Part shown: piece after piece, positions 1-8,504 of the stretch
Layout of the letters: each line of letters starts with the position of its first letter
How positions within the stretch are numbered: the stretch's first letter is position 1
Notes under the pieces: model-generated
What the model was told of the DNA's origin: nothing
The model's input: the letters and a program-made list of their open reading frames with translations, nothing else
Databases searched by the model: none
Assembly (NCBI GenBank): GCA_029571225.1
Contig: JAKPTF010000097.1
Span: forward strand, 417 to 64,416
DNA from: Candidatus Omnitrophota bacterium
GTDB taxonomy: Bacteria > Omnitrophota > Gorgyraeia > Gygaellales > Profunditerraquicolaceae
Length of the DNA: 64,000 nt
Reading direction: 5' to 3'
Program-made: the position numbers and the translations under genes

Positions 1-2
1 GA

Positions 3-191
3 TGCGGCCGAAGGCCTGAGGTATGCCGCATCGAACGGGTCTGGGTCCCTAATATCGTTTGGAAAGAAAAATTTGTGCCTGAACATAGCGAATTCCGACC
101 GGGCCAGGGGCATATCTGGATAGGCAGCCATTACGAGAAGTATCAGGTTGAAGAGGGGGGGCACTGGGAAGAAGTCCGCACGTGCCGATAA
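3..191 (+). CDS. C-terminal fragment of a gene starting upstream of the window (hypothetical protein)
   Basis: Frame 3 is open from the window edge to TAA at 189-191 (...VPNIVWKEKFVPEHSEFRPGQGHIWIGSHYEKYQVEEGGHWEEVRTCR*). A strong terminator follows. No family recognised. Confidence 0.35.
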   Translation, partial: CGRRPEVCRIERVWVPNIVWKEKFVPEHSEFRPGQGHIWIGSHYEKYQVEEGGHWEEVRTCR

Positions 192-215
192 AGCAATAGA
201 AGAAGATAAAAGTAA

Positions 216-282
216 GAGTGGGGCAGGATTTTGGCAGAGCCGTAAAATCTTAGCCCCGCTCTTTGTTTTTCTTTGTTTTTTT
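216..282 (+). terminator. Intrinsic terminator after the truncated first gene
   Basis: A 9-bp GC-rich stem (gagtggggc/gccccgctc, one G.U) is extended by 8 more bp after a 1-nt bulge (216-261). It is followed by the T-rich run ctttgtttttctttgttttttt (261-282). Confidence 0.7.
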
Positions 283-324
283 ATAATGAGGAGATATAAT
301 ACATAAAATAATAAGAAAAGAACG

Positions 325-834
325 ATGAAACCCAAGATCGTTGTCGTCAATGACCTGATGCAGAAGAATTACCGCTACGAACTGGTCGAACCTGTTGGGA
401 GGAATTTTGACCCTTTGTTTAAGCCTGAACTGACCCCCGCGCAGATGCTGCGCATGGGTATTTTCGGCGGCAGATACATGACGGACTGCCGGAAGGAATT
501 CCCCGCAAGTTGGTTCGCTCACGCCAAACTGTGCAGCCTGCGCCATGATCCTGATCTGAACTATTTCAAGGTGAACGCAAGCCAGCCGCTTTCTGTATGG
601 GTGACGAAGGGATGGATCCATCCCGATGATCCTCGCGGCTGGTTCCAGTGGTACTGCCGCTATTACATGGGCAGGAGGATGCCCGAAGAAGACCGGCGCC
701 AGATCAGGCGCTGGAAGGCCATGGGCAGGCATATCGCGCAGCTCAAGAAATATTGCGCGGGCAGCGGGCCGCACTGCCGGCCCAGGCAGCGCCAGGCACT
801 GCTTCACTGGGCGTACGACAGCAGGAAGATATGA
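325..834 (+). CDS. Conserved hypothetical protein (possibly DUF4385-like; recollection only)
   Basis: 169-aa ORF with distinctive motifs GIFGGRYM, DPRGWFQWYCRYYMGRR and RQIRRW that I recall from a widespread uncharacterised family. The 250-807 minus ORF is its antisense shadow. Confidence 0.65.
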   Translation: MKPKIVVVNDLMQKNYRYELVEPVGRNFDPLFKPELTPAQMLRMGIFGGRYMTDCRKEFPASWFAHAKLCSLRHDPDLNYFKVNASQPLSVWVTKGWIHPDDPRGWFQWYCRYYMGRRMPEEDRRQIRRWKAMGRHIAQLKKYCAGSGPHCRPRQRQALLHWAYDSRKI

Positions 835-911
835 AGAAATTTTGCCTTTGGATTTGTTCCAGGAAGCGGTATAATGCAGGTATTATTAATAAGCTCACAG
901 GGAGGGTAATT

Positions 912-1505
912 ATGAAGACGAACATTACAGTATCAACCGTAGCCGCAGTTATTATCTCCGTATGCTGCGCCCTGAATGCCTGCGCGGCTGATTTTTCCGC
1001 AGATATAGTCAATACGGCTGGCGGAAGAACGACGCAGGGAAAGATCTATATGGCAGGGAATAAGATAAGGATGGAGACGGCAGAAGGGGTCACGATTACC
1101 CGTATGGACAAGAAGGTCGTGTGGATCCTGATGCCCGGGGAAAGGATGTATATGGAGCAGGCCTTCGACCAGTCAAAAGCGCCGCAGACGTCTGAAAGTG
1201 TGACAGGCGAGGTCGAACGCAAGAAGGTCGGCCAGGAAACGATAGAGGGAAAAAAGGCTGACAAATATGAGATCGTGTATATGGCTGATAATAAAAAGGA
1301 GACCATGTACCAGTGGGTCCTCCCAGAGATTAAGATGCCGGTCAAAATGGTCGTGCCCGGCAAAAACGGCTGGTCCATGGAGTATAAGAATCTGAAAATG
1401 GGAAAGCAGCCCGATTCCCTGTTCGAAGTGCCGGCGGGATACGAAAAATTCGCCATGCAGATGCCGTCGATGAAAAATATGTTCAAAAAAGGCTTCGGGC
1501 AATAG
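912..1505 (+). CDS. Periplasmic DUF4412/LolA-like protein
   Basis: ATG at 912 is preceded by GGAGGG. Signal peptide MKTNITVSTVAAVIISVCCALNACA. Motifs GKIYMAGNKIRME, VWILMPGERMYME and LFEVPAGYEKF are typical of DUF4412. The track ORF 648-1505 is an upstream extension. Confidence 0.6.
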   Translation: MKTNITVSTVAAVIISVCCALNACAADFSADIVNTAGGRTTQGKIYMAGNKIRMETAEGVTITRMDKKVVWILMPGERMYMEQAFDQSKAPQTSESVTGEVERKKVGQETIEGKKADKYEIVYMADNKKETMYQWVLPEIKMPVKMVVPGKNGWSMEYKNLKMGKQPDSLFEVPAGYEKFAMQMPSMKNMFKKGFGQ

Positions 1506-1517
1506 GAGGCTCGTTTC

Positions 1518-1874
1518 GTGATAGGAGAAAGAAGGCTTTTTGTACGGTTCGCGATGTCAGGTGCGGTGATCATCCAGGTTGATCCGGCAAAAGCCGTTTC
1601 GATCGAAGGCGAACTGATCGATCTGAGCCTTGACGGCGTAGGCATGTACCTGACAAACCAGCTGGCTGTCGAGTCTAAGGCAAAATTTCTTATCATCAAC
1701 CGTCAACTTAACGTCAATCTCGGCGGTATCGGCAGGGTGGTATATTGCCAGAAGGTTGACACCGATAAGGATTACTACCGTGTCGGCCTTGAATTCATCG
1801 AGGTCGATCGCGCCCAGGTCAAATCAATCCTTTTACAGGTGCGCCAGATCTCGTTGATCAAGGGAGTGAAATAA
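1518..1874 (+). CDS. PilZ domain protein (c-di-GMP receptor type)
   Basis: GTG start. RxxxR motif (RRLFVR) and D/NxSxxG motif (DLSLDG) are in the correct order and spacing for PilZ. Confidence 0.75.
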   Translation: MIGERRLFVRFAMSGAVIIQVDPAKAVSIEGELIDLSLDGVGMYLTNQLAVESKAKFLIINRQLNVNLGGIGRVVYCQKVDTDKDYYRVGLEFIEVDRAQVKSILLQVRQISLIKGVK

Positions 1875-1885
1875 CAACGGTGCTC

Positions 1886-2227
1886 ATGAACAAAGGGCTT
1901 GTGTATTCGACTGACCATGGCTCCATGTGTCCGGACTGCGGCAGGCCTGTGGCCGGATGTTGCTGCGGGGATGTGAACTGGGAAAAAATAGCTCGGACAG
2001 ACGGGACCGTGCGCGTGCGGTATGAAAAGAGCTGCCGCAAAGGCAAGGGTGTTACCGTGATCAGTGGCCTGCCTCTGAATCAGGCCGGCCTCGAAAAGGT
2101 ATCACGGGAGTTCAAAAAAAGATTCGGCGCAGGCGGAACCGTGCACGCGGGCGTGATCGAGGTCCAGGGAGACCGCTGCGATCAGATAACCGGCGAGTTG
2201 AGGAGCCGTGGGTATACGGTAAAATGA
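1886..2227 (+). CDS. yciH: Translation initiation factor SUI1/YciH family
   Basis: LVYSTDHG...VRVRYEKSCRKGKGVTVISGL...FKKRFGAGGTVHAGVIEVQGD matches the YciH/eIF1 layout. ATG 1886 preferred; the track ORF starts at GTG 1880. Confidence 0.85.
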   Translation: MNKGLVYSTDHGSMCPDCGRPVAGCCCGDVNWEKIARTDGTVRVRYEKSCRKGKGVTVISGLPLNQAGLEKVSREFKKRFGAGGTVHAGVIEVQGDRCDQITGELRSRGYTVK

Positions 2228-2766
2228 CCCGGATAGCGCACAGGCAGAGTTTTATTGAGATTCATCGCCTGGTTGTTGCATGCCTGGTGATTTTTTTTGC
2301 CTCGCTAGCCTGCGCCCAGCCGGAGGGCAAGGTAGTCTCGTCTGAAAAAACCGGGTCTCTGGAATTGACCCTGCAGATCAAAGCAAAGAGGCAGGAGCTC
2401 AAGGAGGTAGAAGGCCGAATAAAAGCCCTGCGTAGGGAGCAACGGGCCCAGATGGAATCAGAGCGCGTCAGCCGTAAGGCCCAGTTGCAAACCAGCCTGG
2501 AGACGCTGCGATTGACAGACCCGCAGAAATACGAGCAGGCGGTTGCTGAGAAGTTCAAGCGTGAGAAAGAACGGGAAATGTCCCGCAGGGCACAAGCCGA
2601 CGTGGTTCCTGCCAGGCCGAGGATAACCCATTCCGAATGGCTTGACCAGCTTAAAAGCGAAAATCCTTCTATGTACGATCTTGTTTTGAAGAAGGATATT
2701 CTTGAGGCGGAAATACGGTCGCTGTGCATGATGCGCGACTCCAGGCGGGAACGAAGGCCGGAATGA
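2224..2766 (+). CDS. Secreted/anchored coiled-coil protein, function unknown
   Basis: ATGA overlap with yciH. Hydrophobic N-terminus (LVVACLVIFFASLACA) followed by a K/E/R/Q-rich heptad-like sequence. No family recognised. Confidence 0.5.
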   Translation: MTRIAHRQSFIEIHRLVVACLVIFFASLACAQPEGKVVSSEKTGSLELTLQIKAKRQELKEVEGRIKALRREQRAQMESERVSRKAQLQTSLETLRLTDPQKYEQAVAEKFKREKEREMSRRAQADVVPARPRITHSEWLDQLKSENPSMYDLVLKKDILEAEIRSLCMMRDSRRERRPE

Positions 2767-2770
2767 AAAG

Positions 2771-3391
2771 ATGGGCGGCGGTTATGGAGTGGAAGCGCCT
2801 GAATACGGCCGAGAAGTGACAGCAGCCAGCGATATGATCCGGACGATCTTGAGAGATGCCGATGATTGGTGTAAAGGAAAAAACCGGCTCTACCGTGCAC
2901 CGTTGCTTGCATATTTCGTCTATGTGCTGGCGCGGCATCTTCGGGATCCTCTCTATACGAGCGCGCTAGGCGCTTTAAATCTGGGCATTCATGAGCTCGG
3001 TCACGTTGTTTTCGGCGTTCTGGGCCAGGCCCTGATGATCGCAGGCGGTACGGCCCTTCAACTGGCCGTGCCGGTCATAGCCGTATTCAATTTCTACCGC
3101 CTTCGCGATTATTTCGCTATCGCTTTGTCTTTCGGATGGCTTTCGACGAATTTATTCAACGTTGCCACGTATATGGCCGATGCGCGCAGGCAGGAATTGC
3201 CCCTGGTCGGCATCGGCGGGGAGAGCGTGAACCACGATTGGGAATATATATTTTCGGCGATGAATATCTTGCAATATGATACGGCGATCGCGGCATTCGT
3301 CCGCATGCTTGCGGTTCTGTCCATGCTGTGCTGCTTTGCAGCCGGGGCGTGGCTTTTGTGGCGTATGACGCCTGCGTCAGGTGACGGCTGA
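2771..3391 (+). CDS. Polytopic membrane protein with an HExxH motif (putative membrane metalloprotease-like)
   Basis: 206 aa with several hydrophobic helices. HELGH lies within or next to a helix (LNLGIHELGHVVFG). No family recognised. Confidence 0.5.
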   Translation: MGGGYGVEAPEYGREVTAASDMIRTILRDADDWCKGKNRLYRAPLLAYFVYVLARHLRDPLYTSALGALNLGIHELGHVVFGVLGQALMIAGGTALQLAVPVIAVFNFYRLRDYFAIALSFGWLSTNLFNVATYMADARRQELPLVGIGGESVNHDWEYIFSAMNILQYDTAIAAFVRMLAVLSMLCCFAAGAWLLWRMTPASGDG

Positions 3392-3392
3392 T

Positions 3393-4697
3393 ATGATTTC
3401 CAGAAGGGTTTCCGAAGGCCTGCCTGCGGGGTTCCAGCTTTCTCTGGAGTTTGCCCGAGCGTTCGATCTGATGGAAAATACTGATCAGTGCATCCTTGTT
3501 ACTGGCAAGGCGGGCACAGGCAAATCCACGCTGCTGCAGTTCTTTTTAGAGAACACCGCGAAGCAATGCGTTGTCCTTGCTCCAACCGGCGTTGCAGCCG
3601 TCAACGTGAACGGCCAGACCATTCATTCTTTCTTCGGTTTCCCTCCCAGGTTCATCCATGAAGACTCGATTCGACGCAGGCGAAACCGCAAGATGATCAA
3701 ACGCATCGATACGGTCATCATAGACGAGGTATCCATGGTTAGGGCGGATCTGATGGATGGTATAGATCAGGCCCTTCGCATTAACCGCGACCGGCCGGAC
3801 GAGCCTTTCGGCGGCGCGCAGGTGTTGCTGTTCGGAGACCTTTTCCAGCTGGCGCCGATCGTGGGGCAGGATTTGTCCGGCCTCTATCAGGAACATTACG
3901 CGACGCCTTATTTTTTCAGCGCACACGTTTTCAAGGAAGCCGCTTTTTTGCGGATAGAGCTCACCAGGATCTTCAGGCAGTCAGACGACAGCTTCATCGG
4001 CCTGTTGAACAGGATACGGAACAATCAATGCGACGACGGCGACTTCAGCCTCCTGAACAGCAGGGTCGATAGGTCCATCGGCGACGGCCCGGACCAGTGC
4101 GTCACGCTGACGGCGACCAATTACGACGCGAGGTCTTTGAACCAGAGGCGCCTTGCGAGATTGCCCGGCCGGCTGGTCGAGTATGAGGCGGATATCGCTG
4201 AAGACTTCGACGAGCCGTCATATCCGACCGACCGCATGTTGAGGCTTAAAGCAGGCGCCCAGGTGATGATGCTCAAGAACGACCCGCAGAAACGGTGGGT
4301 AAACGGTTCTATCGGCGTTATCCGGGCGCTTGTCGGCAGCGTTATAAGCGTCGATATCGACGGCAGGATCCGTGAGGTTGAGCCAGTTGAATGGCAGAAG
4401 ATCGTTTATGAATACAATAAAGCGGAGGACCGGATCGAAGAAAAGGTCATCGGGACGTTCACGCAGTATCCGCTCAAGCTCGCCTGGGCGGTTACGATAC
4501 ATAAGAGCCAGGGCCAGACTTTCGATAATGTCGTGATAGACCTGGGCAGGGGAGCGTTTGCCCACGGCCAGGTGTACGTGGCGCTTTCCAGGTGCACGAG
4601 CCTGCAGGGCATAACGCTCAAAAGGCCGGTCACCCCGCGTGATATTGTATTTGATGCCCGTATCCATGAATGCGCCGGCATGATGCCGGCGGGATGA
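3393..4697 (+). CDS. Pif1/RecD-family ATP-dependent DNA helicase
   Basis: Walker A GKAGTGKST, IIDEVSM (Walker B) and the C-terminal AVTIHKSQGQTFD...YVALSRC motif are typical of Pif1/RecD/TraA-like SF1B helicases. An alternative GTG start at 3381 overlaps the upstream gene. Confidence 0.85.
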   Translation: MISRRVSEGLPAGFQLSLEFARAFDLMENTDQCILVTGKAGTGKSTLLQFFLENTAKQCVVLAPTGVAAVNVNGQTIHSFFGFPPRFIHEDSIRRRRNRKMIKRIDTVIIDEVSMVRADLMDGIDQALRINRDRPDEPFGGAQVLLFGDLFQLAPIVGQDLSGLYQEHYATPYFFSAHVFKEAAFLRIELTRIFRQSDDSFIGLLNRIRNNQCDDGDFSLLNSRVDRSIGDGPDQCVTLTATNYDARSLNQRRLARLPGRLVEYEADIAEDFDEPSYPTDRMLRLKAGAQVMMLKNDPQKRWVNGSIGVIRALVGSVISVDIDGRIREVEPVEWQKIVYEYNKAEDRIEEKVIGTFTQYPLKLAWAVTIHKSQGQTFDNVVIDLGRGAFAHGQVYVALSRCTSLQGITLKRPVTPRDIVFDARIHECAGMMPAG

Positions 4698-4732
4698 TGG
4701 GCGGTTTTTTAGACAACGAAGGGAGGATAAGG

Positions 4733-5533
4733 ATGTTAAGGAGTCCTGTGATAGCTCTGATTACGGTGTTGTGCGCAGCTGTCCTGGCGCATGCGTCGGA
4801 CGCGATCGTAGAATTCGAGGGCCGGTATTGGATGCCGGATTTGACAGCAAAGGCGCGCGTGACCGAATCGAACATAATCGGCAGCGATATAAATTTCAAG
4901 TCAGAACTTGGCATCAAGGACGAGGATTTTCCCGAAGGCAGGTTCACCTGGCACGTCAGCCCGAACAGTAAAATCCGCGCGTTCTATACGCAGGCGGAGT
5001 TCAAAGGAGATCAGGTTGTGTCCAGGACGATTACCTTTGACGGAAAGACGTATACCGCAGGTGCGCAGGTCAAGACGGATCTGGATCTGCAGTATTTCGG
5101 CCTCGGATGGGTATGGGAATTCATTGATGTCCTGAACGGCAGGCTCAAGGCAGGCACGATCCTTGAGGCAAAGGGGGTTGCTGGCAAGGCTACACTGGAT
5201 GCGCCCGGGCTCGGGATAAAGGAATCGGCGGATTTTATAGGCGGGTTGCCTACCGTAGGTCTTACACTTGCGATAAACCCGTTCAAAAACAACGCCCCGT
5301 ACGTTTCAAATACCGTCATATCGGACTTAAGCCTGTATGCGGAAGCTGCCGGAATGTCCGCAGGGGAATACGGGTATTTTATCGACGCGGAAGCAGGGAT
5401 TCGCTGGATGCCGGTTAAATATGTCTGCGTCTCAGGAGGTTACCGGGCTGTTTCTTTGAAAGCAGAGGACGACCCTGATTACGCCCGTTTCGAGCTAAAG
5501 GGCCCGTTTGCCGCAGTTGCGATAAGGTTCTAA
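4733..5533 (+). CDS. Outer-membrane beta-barrel protein
   Basis: Signal peptide MLRSPVIALITVLCAAVLAHA, alternating amphipathic strands, and a C-terminal ...AAVAIRF ending in Phe as in OM barrels. The track ORF starts at 4670. Confidence 0.55.
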   Translation: MLRSPVIALITVLCAAVLAHASDAIVEFEGRYWMPDLTAKARVTESNIIGSDINFKSELGIKDEDFPEGRFTWHVSPNSKIRAFYTQAEFKGDQVVSRTITFDGKTYTAGAQVKTDLDLQYFGLGWVWEFIDVLNGRLKAGTILEAKGVAGKATLDAPGLGIKESADFIGGLPTVGLTLAINPFKNNAPYVSNTVISDLSLYAEAAGMSAGEYGYFIDAEAGIRWMPVKYVCVSGGYRAVSLKAEDDPDYARFELKGPFAAVAIRF

Positions 5534-5578
5534 ACACCGTTTGTCCGCAGCGGTGCTGATATTGATGCGAGGATATTC

Positions 5579-6274
5579 GTGAGAGTGAAGCGCATTATCT
5601 GCTTCATGGCGCTGGCCGCGCTGCTGCCCGCTGTTGCCCGGGCCTCAGACACGGACCGCGATGCGTATGCCGGCCGCCTCACCGCGCTTTTAAGAGCCGG
5701 ACAAATGGAATCGGGTGACAGGCAGGCCCGGCTGTTGAACGAGTCCGAACGGGCTTTTGTGAATTTCGCGCAGGAATATCCCGATAGCATATACGCTGAT
5801 GATTCCCTGTTCGTATACAGCCTCATCGAGTTTATGGGAGCTGCGTTGGTTCCTCCGCGCGATATGGATACGGCGCGGCAGATGATCGTGATGATGGACA
5901 GGATGGCCGCGCAATATCCCGGAGGCAGGCTTGAACCGCTGACGTATTCAGTGCTGGAGCGTGAACTCGGCCAAGACGGCTTATCCGGGTCTTTTTACAT
6001 GCCGTACGGCTGCGTCGTCTCCTATATGCGGGCAGTCCTGTGCGGTGCTGAGCGTAATTACATGGAAGCGATCCAGAGGTACAACGAATTGAGGCTTTGC
6101 CTGCGGCCTATCGAGGACGAGAGGATCGCCGCGGAGGTCTATATTCCTTTGTTCCGGGCTTACCTCAAGACCGAGCGAAGCGCTTCTGCGCAGGCCATCG
6201 CGGATGAGGTGTCGCAGCTGTTTCCCGGATCGCGGCTCCAGGCAATATTGCGCAGCGAGAGCGGGCGGGAATAA
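5579..6274 (+). CDS. Secreted helical-repeat protein, function unknown
   Basis: GTG start. Signal peptide MRVKRIICFMALAALLPAVARA. The rest is helix-rich. No family recognised. Confidence 0.5.
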   Translation: MRVKRIICFMALAALLPAVARASDTDRDAYAGRLTALLRAGQMESGDRQARLLNESERAFVNFAQEYPDSIYADDSLFVYSLIEFMGAALVPPRDMDTARQMIVMMDRMAAQYPGGRLEPLTYSVLERELGQDGLSGSFYMPYGCVVSYMRAVLCGAERNYMEAIQRYNELRLCLRPIEDERIAAEVYIPLFRAYLKTERSASAQAIADEVSQLFPGSRLQAILRSESGRE

Positions 6275-6308
6275 CAGAGGCGCCAATATTAAATTTTAAA
6301 AATAGTTG

Positions 6309-6336
6309 TTGACAAAGAATGGATCAATGGTATACT
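6309..6336 (+). promoter_or_regulatory. Sigma70-type promoter of the cold-shock gene
   Basis: TTGACA (6309-6314), 16-nt spacer, TGG-TATACT extended -10 (6328-6336). Confidence 0.7.
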
Positions 6337-6354
6337 TGATTTCAGTAGTGAGTA

Positions 6355-6409
6355 AAGATTAGAAGTCAGTAGCCGAAAAGCTTATGATGTCTAGCCTTTC
6401 GGCTTTTTT
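6355..6409 (+). promoter_or_regulatory. csp 5' leader element: AAGATTAG box plus terminator-like hairpin
   Basis: AAGATTAG at 6355-6362. Hairpin agccgaaaagc/gcctttcggct (6371-6404, one mismatch, 12-nt loop) followed by TTTTTTGTT. It lies between the promoter and the RBS (GAAGGAGG). Confidence 0.55.
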
Positions 6410-6457
6410 GTTGACGGCTTTATTCACTAAAATTCAAGAAGAAGGAGGTAGTGAGCA

Positions 6458-6658
6458 ATGGTTAAGGGAAAAGTAAAGTGGTTCTCGAACGAAAAAGGCT
6501 ACGGTTTTATTACTCCTGAAAACGGTAATGATGTCTTCGTGCATCATAGCGTGATTCAGGGTGAGGGATATAAGACGCTTGCCGAAGGACAGGAAGTTGA
6601 ACTGGAAATAGTTCAGGGTCCGAAGGGCGAACAGGCCTCGAAAGTCGTAAAGCTCTAA
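6458..6658 (+). CDS. cspA: Cold-shock protein (CspA family)
   Basis: 66 aa. RNP1 KGYGFI and RNP2 VFVHHS motifs with a full CSD layout. Confidence 0.95.
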   Translation: MVKGKVKWFSNEKGYGFITPENGNDVFVHHSVIQGEGYKTLAEGQEVELEIVQGPKGEQASKVVKL

Positions 6659-6676
6659 TCGCAGCGAGATACACAC

Positions 6677-6709
6677 GGCCCGGCATAGTAATATGCCGGG
6701 CCTTTTTTT
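6677..6709 (+). terminator. Intrinsic terminator of csp
   Basis: Perfect 11-bp stem ggcccggcata/tatgccgggcc, loop gtaa, then T7. Confidence 0.9.
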
Positions 6710-6720
6710 ATGTTTACGGT

Positions 6721-6749
6721 TGATAAAACGAGTGGATAGGTGTAAAATA
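6721..6749 (+). promoter_or_regulatory. Putative promoter of the ktrB operon
   Basis: TTGATA (6721-6726), 17-nt spacer, TAAAAT (6744-6749). Confidence 0.5.
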
Positions 6750-6788
6750 ATAAAAATTATGTCAATACGGGAAAGGTGTTCGTGCTGA

Positions 6789-8483
6789 ATGCTTAATTTT
6801 ATAAAGCGTAAATACGATTATTTCATAGGGTTTACCGCGCTTGTGGCGTTTGCGCTTCTGCTCATCGAGAATTCGGCGTATGTCAGGCCGTACGCGTTCC
6901 TGATAGGAGAGATCAACCTTACGGTAACCCTTATTTTCGTCAGCGACATCCTTCTTCGTTTCTTCGCCGCCCGCGATAAGAAAACGCACCTTTCCCGCAA
7001 CTGGTTGGATCTGATTGTTTTTATTCCGTTCATCCAGCTCATCAGGGGTCTGGAGAATACCGCCGCATTTGTCATCATACGCCAGATTGTCATCATCTTG
7101 ATTCTTTTGTCCCGGATACGCAAATCTACCAGGCTGCTCAATCTGCTCAGCCTCAAACCGGCGCAGATGATGATTGCGACTTTCGCTTTCGCCATCGGCG
7201 TAGGCGCCGTGCTTTTGATGCTGCCTGTCGCTACGAGGACGGGCGTCAGGACATCGTTGACCGACGCGCTGTTCACCGCGACTTCGGCCACGTGCGTCAC
7301 CGGTTTGACCGTTAAGGATACTGCCGTGCATTTCAGCCTGTTCGGCCAGATCGTGATACTTGCACTCATACAGGTCGGGGGTCTGGGTATTATGACGTTT
7401 TCGGTATCCATGGCCCTGATCATGGGCAAGAACATGGACATGAAGCAGCAGGTGGTTATGTCGGATATCCTCGATGAAAGCTCGCTTGCCCGGGTCAAGC
7501 ACATGGTGACGTATATCCTGAAAATGACGCTTTTTTGCGAGGCAGCCGGAGCAGCGTTATTGTTCGCATCGTGGATCGGCAGGACCGGAGGAGTGGTGAA
7601 GACGGCGTATTATTCCGTGTTTCACGCGGTATCAGCATTCTGCAACGCCGGGTTCTCAACTTTCAGCAACAATCTGGTCAGGTTTCATGACGATGTATCC
7701 ACGAATCTTGTCATTTGCGCGCTTATCGTCGTAGGCGGGCTCGGTTTCACGGTTATAAAGGATCTCCACGATAATCTGAATATACGGTTCGATTTTTCGA
7801 TAAGGCGCAAGGTCAAGCTGAAAATGCATACGAAGGTGGCCGTTTTGATGTCCGCAGCTCTCATTATTCTGGGCGCGGCCGCATTCTATCTCCTCGAAAA
7901 GGACGCGCTTTTCGCCGGATACGATCTCAAAGGCCGCGTGTTGTCGTCCCTGTTCCAGTCGGTAACCGCCAGGACAGCGGGGTTCAATACGTGCAGTATA
8001 GCCGGTCTCTCCGGCACATCCTTGCTTGTTATGATGATACTGATGTTTATCGGCGGCTCTCCCGGTTCAACCGCAGGCGGCGTCAAGACGACGACGGTGT
8101 CCGTGCTGTTATCCACGATCATCAGCGAATTTCAGGGTAAGGATAATACCGAGATATTCAGGCGGACGATCTCTCCTGCCCTCATAAAAAAAGCGATGAT
8201 TATCTTTTCGGTGTCCAGCATCCTCGTCGTGGCGTTTGCCGCTGGTTTACTCATGGTGGAGCACAAACAATTCCTGCCTGTTGTTTTTGAATCGGTGAGC
8301 GCCTTCGGCACGGTCGGCCTGTCCGCTGACCTGACCCAGGCGTTGAGCGGCAGAGGCAAGCTTTTGATCACAGTGCTCATGTTCATCGGCAGGCTGGGCC
8401 CGTTGACCGTCGGTTACGCGTTCCTGCGGCGCCACCGCCAGCCGCGGTACGAATACGCCCGGGAGAACCTTGCCATCGGATAA
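6789..8483 (+). CDS. ktrB: KtrB/TrkH-family K+ transporter with an N-terminal ~115-aa four-helix voltage-sensor-like extension
   Basis: The core carries the TrkH/KtrB signature (LFTATSATCVTGL, AFCNAGFS, TARTAGFN, SAFGTVGLS selectivity-filter-like repeats). The N-terminus resembles S1-S4 of the ion_trans family (IFVSDILLRFFAARDKK, NWLDLIVFIPF, IIRQIVIILILLSRIRKSTRLL). Confidence 0.85.
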   Translation: MLNFIKRKYDYFIGFTALVAFALLLIENSAYVRPYAFLIGEINLTVTLIFVSDILLRFFAARDKKTHLSRNWLDLIVFIPFIQLIRGLENTAAFVIIRQIVIILILLSRIRKSTRLLNLLSLKPAQMMIATFAFAIGVGAVLLMLPVATRTGVRTSLTDALFTATSATCVTGLTVKDTAVHFSLFGQIVILALIQVGGLGIMTFSVSMALIMGKNMDMKQQVVMSDILDESSLARVKHMVTYILKMTLFCEAAGAALLFASWIGRTGGVVKTAYYSVFHAVSAFCNAGFSTFSNNLVRFHDDVSTNLVICALIVVGGLGFTVIKDLHDNLNIRFDFSIRRKVKLKMHTKVAVLMSAALIILGAAAFYLLEKDALFAGYDLKGRVLSSLFQSVTARTAGFNTCSIAGLSGTSLLVMMILMFIGGSPGSTAGGVKTTTVSVLLSTIISEFQGKDNTEIFRRTISPALIKKAMIIFSVSSILVVAFAAGLLMVEHKQFLPVVFESVSAFGTVGLSADLTQALSGRGKLLITVLMFIGRLGPLTVGYAFLRRHRQPRYEYARENLAIG

Positions 8484-8504
8484 ACATTTTAACCAGGAGA
8501 AGCC

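Noticed and set aside
261-280. Tandem 10-mer ctttgttttt x2
   Set aside because: It is simply the T-rich tail of the terminator at 216-282 and not an independent repeat element.
250-807. 185-aa minus-strand ORF
   Set aside because: It lies entirely antisense to the 325-834 + ORF, which carries motifs of a conserved family. Its composition (Pro/Arg/Ala-rich) is typical of a shadow ORF in GC-rich coding DNA.
648-911. Long N-terminal extensions offered by the ORF track (also 10441-10545, 29700-29834, 43431-43598 and 58968-59102)
   Set aside because: The extensions overlap the upstream gene in another frame and lack family sequence. Internal ATG/GTG codons with an SD site or an ATGA/GTGA junction give N-termini (signal peptides, conserved starts) that match the families.
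6762-7504. Two long minus-strand ORFs (246 and 228 aa)
   Set aside because: Both are antisense to ktrB, whose TrkH/KtrB signature is unambiguous on the + strand.
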